A stretch of 10,277 nt of DNA from Armatimonadota bacterium (GTDB lineage: Bacteria; Armatimonadota; UBA10988): the NCBI GenBank assembly GCA_016235455.1, contig JACRKZ010000109.1, positions 1-10,277 on the forward strand. Reading direction: 5' to 3'. The translations under genes and the position numbers were made by a program. Under the pieces are notes generated by a model that made no database searches, was not told the DNA's origin, and saw nothing but the letters and a program-made list of their open reading frames with translations. Positions 1 to 7,904 of this stretch are shown piece after piece (the first letter of the stretch is position 1; each line of letters starts with the position of its first letter).

Positions 1-1
1 A

Positions 2-1555
2 GCGCTGGCCGCCGACGGCAAGCCGCTGGGCGTGGCCGAGGTGCGCTACAGTCGCGGGCTGGTGTGGGTGCAGCCGGTCAAGGAGGCGGCCAGCTACCGG
101 CTGGCCCTGACCGACGCCCCCAAGCCTGCGCTCAGCTGCGACCGCGCCGACGTGACGCCGGGCGAGACGGTGACCATCAAGGGCCCGCGCGCGATCACCT
201 GGCAAGTGCCGCTGGACGCGCGCCCCGGCAGCCACCTGTGGCATCAGGTGGGCGGCGCCTGGATCGACTTCTTCGTGGTACCCGCGGCGCAGGTGGCTGT
301 CACGCTACAGGGCCAGACCGTGTCGGTCGCCGTGACCTCGGCCCTGCCGTCGGCGGCCGAGGCCACAGTCAGCTTCATGGGCGGCGACCAGGTGGTCAGG
401 CTGGTCCCCGGGACGACCACGGTCACCAAGTTCGGCTTGCCTGCGCCGTCGGTGGAGCGCATCCAGCCAGCGCCCTTGCGCCTCCGGATCGGCGCTCTGG
501 TCATTGAGCACGAGTACTCCCTAAAGACGCTGCTCGACTACCTGCCCGGCCCGTCGCTGGCAGGCGACTTCGCTGCCGGCTACTGCTTCCGCGGCGCCAA
601 AGAAGACCGCGACAGCGCTCGCCTGGCGGCCACGGGCGGACAGGTGAGCCCGCGCGAGTCCGTGAGCTGCGGCGGCGAGCTGGTGCGCGGCGCCGATGAG
701 TTGATGTTCTTCATGCATCCGCCGTACCAGGGCGGCGTCGGCTACAGCTTCGCGCTGCTGCCACCGGTGGCGCTGCCGGCCGACACGCCACAGTCGTTGC
801 AGGCGGTGGTCGGCAAGGCCGACGGCAGCGACCTGGGCGACGGTATCTGGTACTACGTGGCCGTGGTTGAGCCCGACGGCAAGGAGACGCGCGTGGCCAG
901 TGCCAACGTCACGCGCCATGAGTGGCGACCCATCGAAGCCAACCTGGCGCCGTGGGCCGGTCGCACGGTGCGCCTCAAGTTGATCACCGATGTCGGCCCG
1001 AACGACAACTCGAGCGGCGATTGGGGCGCCTGGGGGCGCACCAGATTGCGTAGCTCGGTCCGGGCCGCGCGGCACCAGCTCGCCGAGTCGCTCGCCGATG
1101 CGACGGCGTCGTCGCCACTTCCGCTGCCTGGCCTGCGCGCGGCCGACTTGAAGGGCATCCGCAGCGCGGTCGTCCACGTCGAGGCGGGCGGGCTCGATAG
1201 CGGCAACCAGTACACCGTGGTCGGCCTGCTCAACGGACGCGAGCTGGGCCGTATGCCGGCGACCAGCGGCGCCGCCGGCGACAAGTACTGGGCACCTGGC
1301 GTCATCGCCGTGCCGGCCGAGGCGCTGGTGGGCATCGGCCCGCGCAGCGTTTTCGCCCTGCGCAATGACGGTCAAGACTACTACAAGGTGCGCCGCGCCT
1401 GGCTGGAGGTGACACTGGCCGACGGTCGCCGGGCAGGCAGCCGCATCGCCACGGCCACCTTCACCCAACCGCCCGGCTGGCAGGAGCAGGAGGGCATCAC
1501 CGTGCCCTTTGGCGAGATGATCAGCTTCGAGCTCTGGTTCGATCTGGCAACGTGA
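2..1555 (+). CDS. Large hypothetical protein, 5'-truncated (C-terminal part only), with a predicted NPCBM/NEW2- or galactose-binding-like beta-sandwich module; probably carbohydrate-active or carbohydrate-binding
   Basis: The frame is open from position 2 (ALAADGKPLG-VAEVRY...) to TGA at 1553-1555, so the GTG at 32 is probably not the true start. Third codon positions are strongly G/C. The segment at about 700-1050 (FFMHPPY...VGKADGSDLGDGIWYYVAV...W..IEANLAPWAGRTVRLKLITDVGPNDNSSGDWGAWG) resembles NPCBM-like jelly-roll modules. Confidence 0.75.
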   Translation, partial: ALAADGKPLGVAEVRYSRGLVWVQPVKEAASYRLALTDAPKPALSCDRADVTPGETVTIKGPRAITWQVPLDARPGSHLWHQVGGAWIDFFVVPAAQVAVTLQGQTVSVAVTSALPSAAEATVSFMGGDQVVRLVPGTTTVTKFGLPAPSVERIQPAPLRLRIGALVIEHEYSLKTLLDYLPGPSLAGDFAAGYCFRGAKEDRDSARLAATGGQVSPRESVSCGGELVRGADELMFFMHPPYQGGVGYSFALLPPVALPADTPQSLQAVVGKADGSDLGDGIWYYVAVVEPDGKETRVASANVTRHEWRPIEANLAPWAGRTVRLKLITDVGPNDNSSGDWGAWGRTRLRSSVRAARHQLAESLADATASSPLPLPGLRAADLKGIRSAVVHVEAGGLDSGNQYTVVGLLNGRELGRMPATSGAAGDKYWAPGVIAVPAEALVGIGPRSVFALRNDGQDYYKVRRAWLEVTLADGRRAGSRIATATFTQPPGWQEQEGITVPFGEMISFELWFDLAT

Positions 1556-1618
1556 GGCGCGCGTAACGAAGTGCCCAACCTGTGCGCGGCCAAAGCCATG
1601 GACCGCAGGCCGATCCCG

Positions 1619-1627
1619 GTGCATACT
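1619..1627 (+). promoter_or_regulatory. Possible -10 element (GTG-CATACT) for a leaderless or near-leaderless GNAT transcript
   Basis: CATACT at 1622-1627 lies 8 nt upstream of the ATG at 1636. There is no clear Shine-Dalgarno and no recognisable -35. Confidence 0.35.
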
Positions 1628-1635
1628 AGACGGGC

Positions 1636-2202
1636 ATGGAACGCCTCGACACCGAACGACTCCATCTGCGCCCGTTCGTGGCAGACGATGCGGAGGGCAT
1701 ATTTGAAGCCGTCTACGGTGACCCCGTGGTCTGCCAGCATTTCTGCGGCATCACGTGGAGCCTGAGCGAGGTCGAGCAGTGGTGCTCGTTCCACCACTTC
1801 GATACGCGCTACGGTGATCTCGGCTACTTGGCCGTCACGCGGCGTAGCGACAACCGCATCCTGGGCCTCGTCGGCCTGCGCCCCTATGTGGCCACCTGGA
1901 TCGTCTGGCAGGACGACCCCCATGCCCGTCACGCCCGCATGGAGATGGAGCTGACCTACGCCCTGGGCCAGGAGTATCAGGGCCAAGGCTACGCGTCCGA
2001 GGCCTGCAACGCCGTCATCGGCTACGCCTTCCGGTACTTACGGCTGCTGCGCCTGGCCTACACGGTCAACGTGCAGAACATCGGCTCCTGGCGGCTGATG
2101 AAGCGGCTCGGCTTCCGCTTCCAGCGCAACCTGCGGCCCGAGGCCTGGGACTCCGTCATCGGCATCCTCGACAACCATCTGCTGGATGGCGACGACGCCT
2201 GA
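1636..2202 (+). CDS. GNAT family N-acetyltransferase, RimJ/RimL-like (Acetyltransf_3 type)
   Basis: 188 aa. It has the N-terminal LDTERLHLRPF motif, acetyl-CoA-binding motif A (YQGQGYASEA) and C-terminal NIGSWRLMKRLGF, all typical of RimJ/RimL GNATs. Confidence 0.9.
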   Translation: MERLDTERLHLRPFVADDAEGIFEAVYGDPVVCQHFCGITWSLSEVEQWCSFHHFDTRYGDLGYLAVTRRSDNRILGLVGLRPYVATWIVWQDDPHARHARMEMELTYALGQEYQGQGYASEACNAVIGYAFRYLRLLRLAYTVNVQNIGSWRLMKRLGFRFQRNLRPEAWDSVIGILDNHLLDGDDA

Positions 2203-2205
2203 GAC

Positions 2206-2255
2206 CGGGCCACCATAGCGCACAGCCGCGCTCGGCTGTGCGCTATGGTGGCCCG
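2206..2255. repeat. Perfect 23-bp inverted repeat with 4-nt loop in a convergent intergenic gap (candidate bidirectional terminator or REP-like element)
   Basis: CGGGCCACCATAGCGCACAGCCG (2206-2228), loop CGCT, then its exact reverse complement CGGCTGTGCGCTATGGTGGCCCG (2233-2255). It lies between the GNAT stop (2202) and the oxidoreductase stop (2277). There is no poly-T tail on either strand. Confidence 0.9.
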
Positions 2256-2276
2256 TATTCCTCGCGCCGTGTGTGC

Positions 2277-3380
2277 CTACAGCGCCAGCGCCGTCGACAC
2301 CGTCGCCTCGTCGATCTCCGCCTTGGTGACCTCGCGGCCCAATGCCGTCGAGCGATAGATGCCCTCCGAGATGAGCGCCACGTTCAGGGCGATCTCCGCG
2401 GTCGGCAGCAGCTCGCACTTGCCGGTCAGCGCGGCGACCCAGTGCTGCTGGTTGCCGTCGTAGTTCTTGTAGTCGGGCTCGCACTGGTGCCAGCGGTAGT
2501 CGGCGCTGCCCAGGTCGAGGCCGGCGCTGGCTTCCACGTCGTTGACCGTCGAGAAGTAGGTCAGCGGGGCCAGCTTTAGGCCGCCCTGGCTGCCGAGGAT
2601 CTTCGAGCTCTCCGAGCCGTCGTAATGGATGGCCCACGACTCCTCGATGTCCAGCGTGATGCCGCCGGCCAGGCGCACGAAGCCCAGGCCCAGCTCCTCC
2701 ACGTCGAACCCGGCCAGCTTGGCGCGGTCCTCATACATGGGGATTTCCTGGTACGTGGCGCCGGTCACGGTCTCGATGGCCGGGTTGCCCAGCAGGTCCA
2801 TGACCTGAGCCATGTGGTAGATGCCCATGTCGTACAGCGCGCCACCCGCGGCGGTCTTCTTCTGCACGAAGGCCGGCGTGCCGTAGCCATCGACCCAGAC
2901 GCGGCCGCGACGGCGATGGCCGAAGCTGCGCGCGTAGTAGATCTTGCCCAGTGCGCCGCCGGCGATGAGCCGCTTGGCCGTCTTGTGCTCCGAGCTGAAC
3001 AGCGTGGCGAGCTGAATGCTCAGCTTCTGGCCGGTCTCGCGAGCGCAGTCGAGCATGGCACGGGCATCGTAGTAGGAGCCGGCCATGGGCTTCTCGCAGT
3101 AGACGTGCTTGCCGGCGCGCAGCGCCTCGATGGTCACTGGCGCGTGCAGGTTGTTGTGCAGGCAGACGTCAACCGCGTCGATGTCGTCGCGCGCCAGGAT
3201 ATCGCGGAAGTTGGCATACACATCGGGGATGCCGTGCTCCGCGGCCACCTTCTTGGCCTCGTCCTGGTTGAGGTCGGCCACGGCGACCACTTCGGCCTCG
3301 CCGATGCCTTTGTACCCGCCGATGTGGGACTTGCCAATCATGCCCACACCGATAACGCCAATACGGATCTTGTCAGCCAT
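2277..3380 (-). CDS. Gfo/Idh/MocA family NAD(P)-dependent oxidoreductase (367 aa)
   Basis: The start is re-called to ATG at 3380 (MADKIRIGVIGVGMIG, Rossmann GxGxxG), preceded by SD-like AGAAAGG. Motifs are DIDAVDVCLHNNLH, AGKHVYCEKPM and GGALYDMGIYH. The upstream extension in the ORF track overlaps the GH gene out of frame. Confidence 0.93.
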   Translation of the reverse strand: MADKIRIGVIGVGMIGKSHIGGYKGIGEAEVVAVADLNQDEAKKVAAEHGIPDVYANFRDILARDDIDAVDVCLHNNLHAPVTIEALRAGKHVYCEKPMAGSYYDARAMLDCARETGQKLSIQLATLFSSEHKTAKRLIAGGALGKIYYARSFGHRRRGRVWVDGYGTPAFVQKKTAAGGALYDMGIYHMAQVMDLLGNPAIETVTGATYQEIPMYEDRAKLAGFDVEELGLGFVRLAGGITLDIEESWAIHYDGSESSKILGSQGGLKLAPLTYFSTVNDVEASAGLDLGSADYRWHQCEPDYKNYDGNQQHWVAALTGKCELLPTAEIALNVALISEGIYRSTALGREVTKAEIDEATVSTALAL

Positions 3381-3424
3381 TGCGCTGCCTTTCTGCTCTC
3401 TCGATCGTTCGTGCCAGGAGACGC

Positions 3425-6013
3425 CTAGGGCGTCAACGCGGATTGGAGCGCGCCGGCCTGGGCCGGTGTCGCCACCACATAGACCGGCGCCCGGCCCACC
3501 GAGGTGGGTGGCGGCGTGGGGTTGCCCCACCGGTCGAAACACTTGACGCCCGCTGGCAGCGCCTTGGCCAGCTTCACCGGCTGCGCGCCATCGGCTATGG
3601 CGACCACGACGATGCTGCCCGCGGGGCCATACCAGCGCGCCTCGGGCTGCTCGAACCAGTGCGCCGACGCGCCGGCCACCGGTGCCAGGCGGCGCTTCCA
3701 CCGGGCGCCCTCGGTGAAGCTGGCCAGCGCGGACACGCTCAGCGTCAGCGGCTTGCAGAGGAACTGCGGCTCGGTGAGCATCCAGTTGCCCGGCTGGGCG
3801 AAGCGGCCGGCGTTGTGCAGCGAGTACAGGTAGAACCGGCTGATGCCCGCGGCCAGGCAGCCCAGGTAGTAGCGCGGCACCTGGTCGGCGTAGAAGCTCC
3901 AGTCGCCGTCGTACTCGGAGTTGGCGAAGCTGAAGAACGAGCCCTTGCTGGTTGTGCCCGGCCCGCCTTCGGAGTTCTCGATGCCGCGCGGGTCCCCGTA
4001 CTTGCTCTGCGTGGCCTTCAGTTCCTCGGCCTTGCGGGCAAAGACATCGCCCGGCCCGCCGGCCAGACTGCTGTCGTAGCGGTGGAACGACAATACGTCG
4101 TAGCTGCCGTAGGCGCCCGCGGCCAGCACGGCCTGGTCCCACTTGCCGTCGTAGGTGTCGATGCCCAGAACCGTGCACTTGGGGTCGGCCTTCTTGGCCT
4201 CCTGGTAGGCCGCCTTGAGCAACTCGGCGTACTGCTCGGGCGTTCCGCCGCGGAAGAAGCCCTGGTCGGCCGAGTTGCCCCACGGCTCGTTCCACACTTC
4301 CCAGCGGTCGATGAACGGCTTGTACTGGGTCACCGTGCGCTTCACGTACTCGCGCCACTGGCCCAGATCCTTGGGCGGGTAGTAGATGCTGAAGTAGCCT
4401 GTCTCGCCCTCATGGCCGGAGGCCCACGGCGGCGACGAGCACAGCATGCCCAGGATCTTGAGGCCCCGCTGGCGCGCCAGCTTCATCTCGGCGCCGTACC
4501 AGGTCCACTCGCCCGGCCGCGGCTCCACCAGCGCCCATTTGGTCAAGATGCTGGCGTCGTGCAGCCGACACCACTTGAAACCCAGCTTGCTCACCGCCGT
4601 CAGATCCGGGTCACGCAGCGTGACGTGCACGCCGAACGGCGAGTTGGCGCGTTCACCCGCGGCCTGCGGCGGCACATGCGCCAGCAGCGTTTCGGCCGGG
4701 GCCGACAGCGCCTGGCCCTTGCCGTCGACCACGCGCGCGGTCAGCCGCAGCAGCCCGTAGGACTTGGCCAGGTCGCCCGTCAGCGTCACCTTGGCCTGGT
4801 CGAGCCCGCTGCCGCCCAGGGCCACCGCCTGCAGGTCGGCTTCGCGTCCGTCCACATGCGTCACATGCAGCGCCAGCCGGGATCCCGCGGGCGCGCCGAC
4901 CACCTTGGCGTCGGCGCTGACCGCCTCGGCCGCGCTGTAGACGCCCCAGCCGGCGGTGGGCGTGACGCTCACGCCGAGTTCGGGCTCAAACGGCGCCGCG
5001 GCGCCCTCGCGCAGCGCCAGCCCGTCGAGCCAGACGGTCTGGTTGTTGCCGCTGACGTTGATCTGCAGGTAGTGCCGCTCATCGGCCGACAGCGCCGCTG
5101 GGCCATGCGCGCCGAGGCGCTGCCACTCCTTGGTGGCCTCGATCTGGCCACTGAACCCGCGGCCGTCGTCGCTCGAGCGCAGCCCGATGCTGACCCGTGC
5201 GCCGGCGGGCTCGGAGCGCACCGACAGCCCGGTGGCATGTTCGATGCCGTAGCGCAGGTAGCGAGGCATGGTCTCCAGCGTGAGCCGCGCGTTGGGGCCG
5301 AGCACGAGCTTGGCCGCGCCGACACCGAACGGGCCGGCCTTGGGCTCCCAGCCCCAGGTGTAGCCCGCGCCGCTGACGTGCCAGCCCGACGGCACGCCGA
5401 CCCCCAGCCGGCCCAGCGGCGCCAGATTGCCCGGCTGCGCGGGCGCGTCACTGCGCTCGGCCGCCACGCGCACCACGGCGTCGTCCATGTCGATGGTGCC
5501 CGGTCCATCGAAGATGACCATCAGCACCGCCTCGCGGGCCTCGCGACTGCTGTGGCGGAAGTGGACGCGCGTCCACTCGCCGGCGCCGCCAAACGCGGTC
5601 TCGGCGAGCGAAGTATACGGCGCGCCGGGCAGCCGCAGCAGCACGGAGCAGCCGGTGCCCGTAGCGCTGCGCAGCCACATGTCGGCCTCGTAAACGCGAT
5701 CGGCGGCCAGGCTGATCGCGCCGGACATGATCTGCACGCGACCGTCGCGGACAGCCTTGGCCACGATGCGCTGATAGGCCGCGCCGCCATGCGCGCCGTC
5801 GGTGCGCTGCTCGTAGTCGGCATCGACCGAGGCCCAGCCGCGCGAGTTCTCGTGCCAGCCGTCGGCGATGGTGCCGCGCACCATGCTCTTCTCGTCGGCC
5901 TTGGACTCAAAGCGCGTGGGCGTGCCCTCGAACCCGCCGTTGGGCAGGAGGTTGGGGCGGTCCTGGGCGGTGGCCAGGGAGGCCAGGCAGAGCAGCAGCG
6001 TGATCTCGCGCAT
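3425..6013 (-). CDS. Secreted clan GH-A glycoside hydrolase (GH39/GH5/GH42-like TIM barrel) with N-terminal tandem CBM4/9-like modules
   Basis: 862 aa. Signal peptide MREITLLLCLASLATA|QD is followed by a CBM_4_9-type start, NLLPNGGFEG. Catalytic-domain motifs are SPFGVH, LGFKWCRLHD, KWALVEPRPGEWTW, acid/base WEVWNEP (NEP at 4283-4291), DVLSFHRY and a putative nucleophile in IENSEGG (about 3968). Confidence 0.85.
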   Translation of the reverse strand: MREITLLLCLASLATAQDRPNLLPNGGFEGTPTRFESKADEKSMVRGTIADGWHENSRGWASVDADYEQRTDGAHGGAAYQRIVAKAVRDGRVQIMSGAISLAADRVYEADMWLRSATGTGCSVLLRLPGAPYTSLAETAFGGAGEWTRVHFRHSSREAREAVLMVIFDGPGTIDMDDAVVRVAAERSDAPAQPGNLAPLGRLGVGVPSGWHVSGAGYTWGWEPKAGPFGVGAAKLVLGPNARLTLETMPRYLRYGIEHATGLSVRSEPAGARVSIGLRSSDDGRGFSGQIEATKEWQRLGAHGPAALSADERHYLQINVSGNNQTVWLDGLALREGAAAPFEPELGVSVTPTAGWGVYSAAEAVSADAKVVGAPAGSRLALHVTHVDGREADLQAVALGGSGLDQAKVTLTGDLAKSYGLLRLTARVVDGKGQALSAPAETLLAHVPPQAAGERANSPFGVHVTLRDPDLTAVSKLGFKWCRLHDASILTKWALVEPRPGEWTWYGAEMKLARQRGLKILGMLCSSPPWASGHEGETGYFSIYYPPKDLGQWREYVKRTVTQYKPFIDRWEVWNEPWGNSADQGFFRGGTPEQYAELLKAAYQEAKKADPKCTVLGIDTYDGKWDQAVLAAGAYGSYDVLSFHRYDSSLAGGPGDVFARKAEELKATQSKYGDPRGIENSEGGPGTTSKGSFFSFANSEYDGDWSFYADQVPRYYLGCLAAGISRFYLYSLHNAGRFAQPGNWMLTEPQFLCKPLTLSVSALASFTEGARWKRRLAPVAGASAHWFEQPEARWYGPAGSIVVVAIADGAQPVKLAKALPAGVKCFDRWGNPTPPPTSVGRAPVYVVATPAQAGALQSALTP

Positions 6014-6093
6014 CGACTCGTCTCGATGGGTCGGGCATTCATCGCCGAACCGGCTGGTCCTTCGACGGACGCGACGAGTCTTAGTCGCGCGGA

Positions 6094-6765
6094 TCAGGGC
6101 AACGCACCGCCGAGTTCCTCAAGGAGCGCCAGGAACGCAGCCAGCGAGCGCAGATGCGCCGTGGCGTCACACCGCTCTCTGAGCGCGCGCAGATAGTGCG
6201 CTCGACAGACGTCGCCCGGTCGGGCCTTGGAATACGAGCAATGGCAGGCCTTCAGCACGTCGGCCAGGTACCGAGCGTGGTACCTGGCAGCCGTCCTGGA
6301 CCACGACAGCGGCTTGTCCATCAACTCAGGGTCGTCGACACTGACATCGTAGAAGGCAATGTGGTCCAAATGAACGCCCGGCTCATGTCGTCGTAGCACA
6401 TCCCGATTGCCCAGAAGCCAGGTCTCCAGACAGCGATTCTGGATCACGACGGTCGTGGCCGGACGCGACGGCCGCTGGGCCAGCACATCGCCGATCTCGG
6501 CTCGCACCTCGTCGACGGTCTGGTCCTCGGCGTCAACCGCCACAATAAGGCGGTCGATTGCGCCGTGGGCCACGGCATCATCCAGCACCTCCAGCAAGCG
6601 AACCTTGTACTGCGGGTAGCCGTCGCCCGAGATCATGGCATAGTGCGAATGGTCGACAAGATGCACAGCGCCGACCGGCTTCATGGCTGGGAACGCGATC
6701 GCCAGCCAGGCTGCGTAGACCTGCCTCTCGCTGCTCGCCCCCTCGACCAGCACGCACAGCCTCAT
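6094..6765 (-). CDS. TOPRIM-like putative nuclease, DUF4276/RloB-like (223 aa)
   Basis: It has an N-terminal hydrophobic strand plus VEGxxE, an acidic VDAED (DxD-like) motif after a hydrophobic strand, NRCLETWLL (compare RloB/DUF4276 CFELWLL/EAWLL), a late YSK and a C-terminal SLxxF helix. Its start overlaps the ATPase stop (ATGA, 6762-6765). Confidence 0.75.
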   Translation of the reverse strand: MRLCVLVEGASSERQVYAAWLAIAFPAMKPVGAVHLVDHSHYAMISGDGYPQYKVRLLEVLDDAVAHGAIDRLIVAVDAEDQTVDEVRAEIGDVLAQRPSRPATTVVIQNRCLETWLLGNRDVLRRHEPGVHLDHIAFYDVSVDDPELMDKPLSWSRTAARYHARYLADVLKACHCSYSKARPGDVCRAHYLRALRERCDATAHLRSLAAFLALLEELGGALP

Positions 6766-7877
6766 GAGATCCCCGTCTGGTAAGCCTCGCTGTTAAGCAA
6801 CCGCGTGTACTTGTCCAGGCGCGACGCGCCGCGGAACTCAGGCAACTCCGTGGCAGGCGTGCCGGTCACCACCGACCCGTGCCGCGTCAGCACGCACCAG
6901 TCCGCCACGTCGACCGCGTTGATGATGTAAGGATGGTGGCTAGTCATGATCACCTGGATGTCGTCGCGGCTGGTGAGGCGCTCGATGGTGGCGTCGAGGC
7001 AGTTGACTCCCAGGCTGTTCTCGACCTCGTCGAGCAGGAGCAGAGAGCCAGCCGGCAAGATCGCCTGCGTGAGCAGCGTCGCCAACGTCTTGAGCATGCC
7101 AGCCGAGTCCAGTGAGACAGCCCCGCGCACACCATGCTCCCTGACCCCGATGATCAGGAACCGCCTGTCCTCTTGTGGCAGCAGGCGCACGCCATTGATC
7201 GTTTCCGGGCCGCCAACGCGGAGTTCATCGACGGCCGGGAAGATGTCAAGGAATGCGGCGCAGACCTGCGACCACGTGGCTGCCAGCGCCTCTTGCACGG
7301 CGTACGCTTGGACGGCCAACGGATGGTCCAGTAGCGACTTCCGGTTCCCAGACCGGGCGGCTGCGACGGCATCTTCTACGTCCTTCGGGCTGCCAAAGGC
7401 ACCTGGGTGCAAGCGCTCCTGAACTTGGGTGACTTGACCCATCGACCCGTACAACGGCCTGATGTGCTCCTCGTCCCTGAACAGGCTAACGACGCTCTCG
7501 GACTGCTTGAGGCGAGGGAGCTCCGCACCGGCAAACAAGACCGAGTCGCCGGCCCGCCTGACGATCTGGGCCGCATTGCACCAGACGTCCTCAGACGCAA
7601 CATGCGGGACATGAAGTTCCATGTCGTCACGACCGGTGCGTGCTCGCCATGTGTATAGCTGTTGAGCGCAGTTGACCTCTACCTCGAATGCGCCGTGCAC
7701 AAACGTCGCTGGCCAACCGGCGCCGGCGGCAAACTCCGAGAGCCAGCCCACAAGGTCCAGGATGCGCGTCTTGCCCACACCAGACGGGCCCACCAAGAGC
7801 GTGGTCTGCCCAAGCCGCAACTCGTCGAGGCGCCAAGCCGTCACCGTGTCTTCGTATCTGAGGCGCGCGATGCTCAC
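6762..7877 (-). CDS. ABC-superfamily ATPase, AAA_21/AAA_15-like (371 aa)
   Basis: Walker A GPSGVGKT lies near the N-terminus, followed by signature-like LDSAGM, Walker B/D-loop LLLLDEVENSLG and H-loop QVIMTSHHP. The start is re-called to GTG at 7877 because AGGAGG lies 7 nt upstream. No obvious transmembrane segments and no adjacent permease. Confidence 0.88.
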   Translation of the reverse strand: MSIARLRYEDTVTAWRLDELRLGQTTLLVGPSGVGKTRILDLVGWLSEFAAGAGWPATFVHGAFEVEVNCAQQLYTWRARTGRDDMELHVPHVASEDVWCNAAQIVRRAGDSVLFAGAELPRLKQSESVVSLFRDEEHIRPLYGSMGQVTQVQERLHPGAFGSPKDVEDAVAAARSGNRKSLLDHPLAVQAYAVQEALAATWSQVCAAFLDIFPAVDELRVGGPETINGVRLLPQEDRRFLIIGVREHGVRGAVSLDSAGMLKTLATLLTQAILPAGSLLLLDEVENSLGVNCLDATIERLTSRDDIQVIMTSHHPYIINAVDVADWCVLTRHGSVVTGTPATELPEFRGASRLDKYTRLLNSEAYQTGIS

Positions 7878-7884
7878 GGGTCGC

Positions 7885-7890
7885 CCTCCT
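7885..7890 (-). promoter_or_regulatory. Shine-Dalgarno AGGAGG for the ATPase
   Basis: The + strand reads CCTCCT at 7885-7890, with a 7-nt spacer to the GTG at 7877. Confidence 0.8.
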
Positions 7891-7904
7891 CGCCACTGAT
7901 GGCA

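Noticed and set aside
521-1986. Minus-strand ORFs of 367, 170 and 201 aa opposite the first two genes
   Set aside because: They are antisense shadows of well-supported + strand genes and show no recognisable motifs.
3381-4358. N-terminal 326-aa extension of the oxidoreductase ORF (a 693-aa apparent fusion)
   Set aside because: It overlaps the GH coding region in another frame and is Arg/Gly-rich without motifs. The recognisable Gfo/Idh/MocA sequence begins at ATG 3380 behind an SD-like site.
3380-6196. 938-aa ORF on the + strand
   Set aside because: It is antisense to the GH gene in the same codon register, has Arg/Ala/Gly-rich low-information sequence and no motifs. This is a typical high-GC shadow ORF.
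6762-7877. ATPase as an ABC transporter subunit for the sugar locus
   Set aside because: There is no permease or solute-binding gene, Walker A and B are separated by a long insert, LSGGQ is absent, and the gene is coupled to a TOPRIM-like protein.
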